Source: Thermoflexales bacterium (lineage in GTDB: Bacteria; Chloroflexota; Anaerolineae; J036; Brachytrichaceae). From it: a stretch of 64,000 nt of DNA. This document shows positions 60,380-64,000 of the stretch, piece after piece. The notes under the pieces were generated by a model. That model did not search any database and was not told the origin of the DNA. It saw only the letters and a program-made list of their open reading frames with translations. The translations under genes were made by a program, and so were the position numbers. The stretch is taken from assembly GCA_019694215.1 (NCBI GenBank), contig JAIBCK010000002.1, forward strand, positions 1-64,000, written 5' to 3'. The first letter of the stretch is position 1. Each line of letters starts with the position of its first letter.

Positions 60380-61123
60380 TTAGATCTTCTCGACGACGAG
60401 CACGTGCGAGATGCCGAAGACCCGCAGCGGCGTGCGTTCGAGGCCCTGCCAGAACGCCCGCAGGAAGCGCCCGAACACCCCGAGCCGGCGCACCAGGTTG
60501 TCGAACCCTCCGTAGATCTGTGTGAGTGACACGATCCGGCACGGCGCGCCGGCGAACAACGCTTTCAACCCGGATGCGGTATAGGCCCGCACATGTGGGG
60601 CGAGCCGGTTGCGCAGCGGCGTGGGCAGCCAGTTGATGAGCGGCTTGTTGCCGAAATGATAATGCCCGCGCCAGTACAGCCCGTGCGTCTCGAAGAAATA
60701 CAGCCGGTTGGGCACAAAGATGACGGCCCGTCCGCCCGGCCGCAAGACGCGCACGATCTCGCGCGCGGAGGCCCGGTCGTCGGCCACGTGCTCCAGGACT
60801 TCATTGCTGAGGATCACGTCGATGCTGCCGTCCGCGTAGGGCAGGCGCTCTCCCACGGCGGCAATCAGACCCGGCACGCCATCCCGTCGGCCCTCGACCA
60901 GCCGCTCGACCTCGATGTCAAATCCAAACGCCGTCGGCGTGTGCGCCCCCAGCGCACGCACGTAGGTGCCGATCCCGCAGCCGGCGTCCAACACGATCTT
61001 GTCGCGCAGGGGCGCGGCGGCATCGACCATGCGCAGGCGGCGCACCTGGCCGGCGCGCCAGACGAAGGAGGGGTTGCCGCGCTCGGCGGCCTTCGCGCCG
61101 TGCGTCACGTCATTGTCTTGCAT
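60380..61123 (-). CDS. Class I SAM-dependent methyltransferase
   Basis: VLDAGCGIG SAM-binding motif. 247 aa. Confidence 0.75.
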   Translation of the reverse strand: MQDNDVTHGAKAAERGNPSFVWRAGQVRRLRMVDAAAPLRDKIVLDAGCGIGTYVRALGAHTPTAFGFDIEVERLVEGRRDGVPGLIAAVGERLPYADGSIDVILSNEVLEHVADDRASAREIVRVLRPGGRAVIFVPNRLYFFETHGLYWRGHYHFGNKPLINWLPTPLRNRLAPHVRAYTASGLKALFAGAPCRIVSLTQIYGGFDNLVRRLGVFGRFLRAFWQGLERTPLRVFGISHVLVVEKI

Positions 61124-61132
61124 CGCGCGGGA

Positions 61133-62104
61133 TTATCCCGCAGCGAGGCGCGGATAGCGCAACAACAGCGCGTCAAACACGAGCTGGGGCCGGGCGTTCT
61201 CGCGCAGGCGCTTCATCGCTTCGCGGGTGTCGCGCGCGGCAGCAAAGGCAGTACGGGGTCCGATGCGTTGGGCGAGCGCGCTGATCTCGGGATCCGCTGC
61301 GCCGCCAGGCGCGGCGGCGCGGGCCAGATCGCGCCATAGCCCCTGCCAGGTCTGCAGCATGGCCTCGCGCTCCTCATCCTCGCCTGCCCGGCCAAGCTTC
61401 TCGGAGAACAACAGACGGTCGGTGCGCGACGCGGAGAGCAAACCGATCAGGTCTCGCCGCCGTTGTGCGCGGGCCGCGAAAAGCGACTCGCTGTTCACCG
61501 CGGAGAGCGCCCAACCCGGACAGCCTCGTGCCGCCCGCGCCAGTTGGCTGGCCCGCTCCGGGGCAAGCCCGCGCGCGCGCAGGGCCGCGTCGATGTCATC
61601 CGTGGCCACCGCGCGCAGGCTCAGCGTTTGACAGCGCGAGACGATGGTCGGTATCAAACTATCGACGTTGGGCGCGGTCAGGAGGATCACCACCGACGGG
61701 TTGGGCTCCTCGAGCGTCTTCAGCAGCGCATTGCGCGCGCCGTCCGTCATGGCGTCGGCCTGGTCGATCACCGCCACACGCGCCCCACCCTCCACGGGCG
61801 CAAGGGCGAGGGCGTGCAGCAGGTTGCGGATGGTCTCGACCTTGATCGAACCGCCATCGTCGGGGGCCACCCAGGCGAGATCGGGATGCCGGCCACCGAG
61901 GGCAAGCGTCCGGGCGCGGTCGGCGTTCCCGGCGCGCGCCGCCAGCGCCTCAGCGGCAAGCGCGCGGGCCATCGCGGTCTTGCCCACCTGCGGCGGACCA
62001 ACGATGAGATGGCTTTGCGCCAAACGCCCGGAGCCCAGCGCCGTCTGCAGCAGGCGGCGCGCCCAGGCGTGCCCGATGATGGCGTCAAAGGCGCTGGTCG
62101 ACAT
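61133..62104 (-). CDS. holB: DNA polymerase III delta' subunit
   Basis: AAA+ clamp-loader pattern: HLIVGPPQVGKTAMARALA, SRC motif (TIVSRCQTL) and sensor regions. Confidence 0.8.
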   Translation of the reverse strand: MSTSAFDAIIGHAWARRLLQTALGSGRLAQSHLIVGPPQVGKTAMARALAAEALAARAGNADRARTLALGGRHPDLAWVAPDDGGSIKVETIRNLLHALALAPVEGGARVAVIDQADAMTDGARNALLKTLEEPNPSVVILLTAPNVDSLIPTIVSRCQTLSLRAVATDDIDAALRARGLAPERASQLARAARGCPGWALSAVNSESLFAARAQRRRDLIGLLSASRTDRLLFSEKLGRAGEDEEREAMLQTWQGLWRDLARAAAPGGAADPEISALAQRIGPRTAFAAARDTREAMKRLRENARPQLVFDALLLRYPRLAAG

Positions 62105-62115
62105 GCGCTATCCGC

Positions 62116-62691
62116 CTAGGCGGACTCCAATTTTGCGCGGTCGGCGTCATCCTTGCCGCGAATGCGCCAGCGCCAGTACAGGTAGCCGATCAGCAGCACC
62201 AGCACAACCAGCAGCGGGGGCAGGAAGATGGCCACCAGCGACGTGGTCGCGGACGTGACATCCTCGAGGGCGCTGACCACCGGAGCGCCGAGCCCGGCCG
62301 TGGTGGCATTGACCACCGGGCGCGCAGCCGCCTTGACGGCATGGGTGCTCAGCGCCATGACCAGGCCGAGCCCCAGCGCCAGCGTGGGATCCATCCCTTG
62401 CACCACGCCCGTGTTTGCGGCGAACAGGACCGCGCCGGCAGCGGGCCGCACGATCGTCTGGATGACGTCATTCAGGTGGTCGGCCCCGGGGACCTTGTCC
62501 ACGACCACCTCGACGATGAGCAATACCGCGATGATGATGATGGCCGGCCAACTGGTCAGAATGTTGAACGGCTCGCTCAGCGTCAGCACACCCAGCTTGC
62601 CAAGAATGCCAACGATGAGAAGCGGGATGTAGGCGTTTAGGCCGGCAGCGCCAGCGAGACCGAATGCCGTGATGATGTTGGTAAGTGCCAT
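62116..62691 (-). CDS. DUF4126-family membrane protein
   Basis: About 191 aa, 4-5 TMs, pattern typical of DUF4126. Confidence 0.5.
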   Translation of the reverse strand: MALTNIITAFGLAGAAGLNAYIPLLIVGILGKLGVLTLSEPFNILTSWPAIIIIAVLLIVEVVVDKVPGADHLNDVIQTIVRPAAGAVLFAANTGVVQGMDPTLALGLGLVMALSTHAVKAAARPVVNATTAGLGAPVVSALEDVTSATTSLVAIFLPPLLVVLVLLIGYLYWRWRIRGKDDADRAKLESA

Positions 62692-62810
62692 GTCAATTCC
62701 TCCTTGACACGACCGATGTCCAGAACGACGCCGGAGCGGAATCCCGGCGTGATGGTGAACACGCGAGGACGATCATAGCACCGGGTGTGTGAATGGCATT
62801 AGTGCTGGGG

Positions 62811-62847
62811 CGAAAAACGAAGGGGCGCCGCCGTGTGGCGACGCCCC
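62811..62847 (-). terminator. Rho-independent terminator downstream of rplT
   Basis: On the minus strand, GGGGCGTCGCC-acac-GGCGGCGCCCC (one mismatch) followed by TTCGTTTTTCG. Confidence 0.55.
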
Positions 62848-62872
62848 GCAATCGTCGATGGAGCGATCCGAA

Positions 62873-63226
62873 TCAGGCCGGCTTGATCGCCGCCTTCACC
62901 ACTTCGGTGAAAGCTGCGGCATCGCGAACGGCCAGATCAGCAAGCATCTTGCGATTGATGATGATCCCGGCCGCGGTCAGCCCCGCCATGAGGCGGCTGT
63001 AGGTTGTGCCGTTCAGCCGCGCCGCGGCGTTGATGCGCGTGATCCACAGGTTGCGGAGCAGGCGCCGGCCGTTGCGACGGTCACGGTAGGCATAGGCCCA
63101 TGCGTGCAGGCGAGCTTCGGTCGCCTTGCGGATGTGCTTGTGGCGGGCCCCGAACTGCCCTTTTGTCGCCTCGAGCACCCGATTGTGGCGGCGGCGTGCC
63201 TTGACGCCACCCTTTACTCTTGCCAT
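62873..63226 (-). CDS. rplT: 50S ribosomal protein L20
   Basis: Canonical L20 sequence ([23 protein letters not shown]...). Confidence 0.95.
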   Translation of the reverse strand: MARVKGGVKARRRHNRVLEATKGQFGARHKHIRKATEARLHAWAYAYRDRRNGRRLLRNLWITRINAAARLNGTTYSRLMAGLTAAGIIINRKMLADLAVRDAAAFTEVVKAAIKPA

Positions 63227-63386
63227 CTCGTTTCTCCTTTTAGAACCAGTTGTTGGCGGATGGGTTGTCCATCTCTTGGGTGCCAGTCAACTTACTTCGC
63301 CGCCGGTGTTCGGGGCACCGCTCGCGCGTCCCCGACGCTTGTTGGCTCAACCGAACGGCTGGTCGATGATCCGTCCCCGGCTTGAA

Positions 63387-63593
63387 TTACTTCTTGTCGA
63401 GATACGGCGCCAGTTTCTGGATGCGCTTGACTTGCGTCGCATCCACTTCATGCATCTCGGGCAGATCGGCGAGGAGCCGACCGGAGCGGTTGCGCCGGAA
63501 GTGGCTCTTGCCCTGTCGAGTCCGCATGAGCTTGCCCGTGCCCGTCACGCGAAAGCGCTTGGACGTGGACTTGTGCGTCTTCATTTTTGGCAT
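63387..63593 (-). CDS. rpmI: 50S ribosomal protein L35
   Basis: Canonical L35 (MPKMKTHKSTSKRFRVTGTGK...). Confidence 0.92.
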   Translation of the reverse strand: MPKMKTHKSTSKRFRVTGTGKLMRTRQGKSHFRRNRSGRLLADLPEMHEVDATQVKRIQKLAPYLDKK

Positions 63594-63652
63594 GGTCTAT
63601 CCCTGTCGTGGACACGAAACTCGGCGCCTGAGCGCCGAATTCCGGGCCTCTT

Positions 63653-64000
63653 TCATGGCAGATTGAACTGCTCCATCGCTAAGTCTTTGCGACGCTTCTG
63701 GCGATTCTGCATCTTCTGCTTCTCGCGCTGGATCTGCTCCTGCTGAGCGGGCGGCGGCGCGACGCTGATCGCCGCGCTGCCCGTCTCCAGGCGGGCCGCC
63801 GTCTCCTCATCGAGCACATCGTTGTCGTCGTCGGTATCCTCTTCGTTGTCCTCCACGTAGCCCTTGGACTTGTCCTCTTCCAGTTCGCGCGCGATGCGGT
63901 CCTGCGTCGTCTTGCTGTGCGCGTTGGCGATCGTCTGCGCCGTCGGGGCCAGGACAATCAACATCGTCTTGCCTTCCATGTTGGGAGGCGCCTCGATGGC
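63653..64000 (-). CDS. infC: Translation initiation factor IF-3, C-terminal part; gene continues beyond the window
   Basis: MEGKTMLIVLAP matches the IF3 C-terminal-domain end. Conserved infC-rpmI-rplT order. In-frame coding continues to the window edge. An unusual ~96-aa charged tail follows LAP. Confidence 0.7.
   Translation of the reverse strand, partial: AIEAPPNMEGKTMLIVLAPTAQTIANAHSKTTQDRIARELEEDKSKGYVEDNEEDTDDDNDVLDEETAARLETGSAAISVAPPPAQQEQIQREKQKMQNRQKRRKDLAMEQFNLP

Overview
This is a 64 kb window of a high-GC (about 68%) bacterial chromosome. It is densely coding, with about 60 genes and short intergenic spacers. I found no rRNA, tRNA or CRISPR array. The gene content (lamin-tail-domain protein, MshA-like GT4, SPFH/flotillin proteins, an apparently leaderless promoter, an LLM oxidoreductase) is compatible with Chloroflexota or another high-GC lineage, but lineage cannot be established from sequence alone.

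Main content, by position:
- 0-4 kb: DinB-like protein, rhodanese lipoprotein, and a translationally coupled pair of SPFH/band-7 proteins.
- 4.3-11.5 kb: a compact purine/urate-type catabolic island. It contains an 8-oxoguanine-deaminase-family amidohydrolase, a DUF1697 protein, an LLM flavin oxidoreductase, YgeY (M20 hydrolase), YgeW (carbamoyltransferase), carbamate kinase and SsnA-like aminohydrolase.
- 11.7-13.7 kb: a large flotillin-like SPFH protein.
- 13.8-17.8 kb: a beta-lactamase-fold membrane protein, SCP2 protein, RmlA, and a polyprenyl synthase.
- 19.3-21.1 kb: ccmC-ccmD-ccdA. The CcdA-like protein has its two Cys motifs in swapped order.
- 21.8-29.2 kb: FkbM methyltransferase, NadE, amidohydrolase_2, a sugar ABC transporter (SBP plus two permeases) and an ArgH-family lyase paralog.
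- 29.3-33.4 kb: VIT-family transporter, VOC protein, and a divergent Xer-like tyrosine recombinase next to a lamin-tail-domain protein and an AlbA_2/HATPase_c_4 regulator-like protein.
- 33.4-41.7 kb: MutS, then PPOX-like protein, LarA-family (nickel-pincer) racemase homolog, amidase, MFS transporter and FAD amine oxidase.
- 41.6-44.5 kb: a DUF937/YidB-like protein carrying 75-78 bp tandem repeats, a LOG protein and a PLD lipoprotein.
- 44.5-52.1 kb: an envelope cluster of PanE-like reductase, GT39/83-like glycosyltransferase, PBP1A, GT2 and a TolB-like beta-propeller protein.
- 52.1-54.8 kb: NUDIX and MFS genes arranged divergently, and an orphan XdhC.
- 54.9-60.4 kb: a tight five-gene operon of AKR, Fe-ADH, MshA-like GT4, VOC and a tandem-SBP lipoprotein.
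- 60.4-64.0 kb: a methyltransferase, holB, DUF4126, and rplT-rpmI-infC with infC running off the window end.

The most interesting candidates are the reduced, rearranged YgeW/YgeY/carbamate-kinase/SsnA purine island, the apparently circularly permuted CcdA, and the orphan LarA-homolog catabolic cluster.
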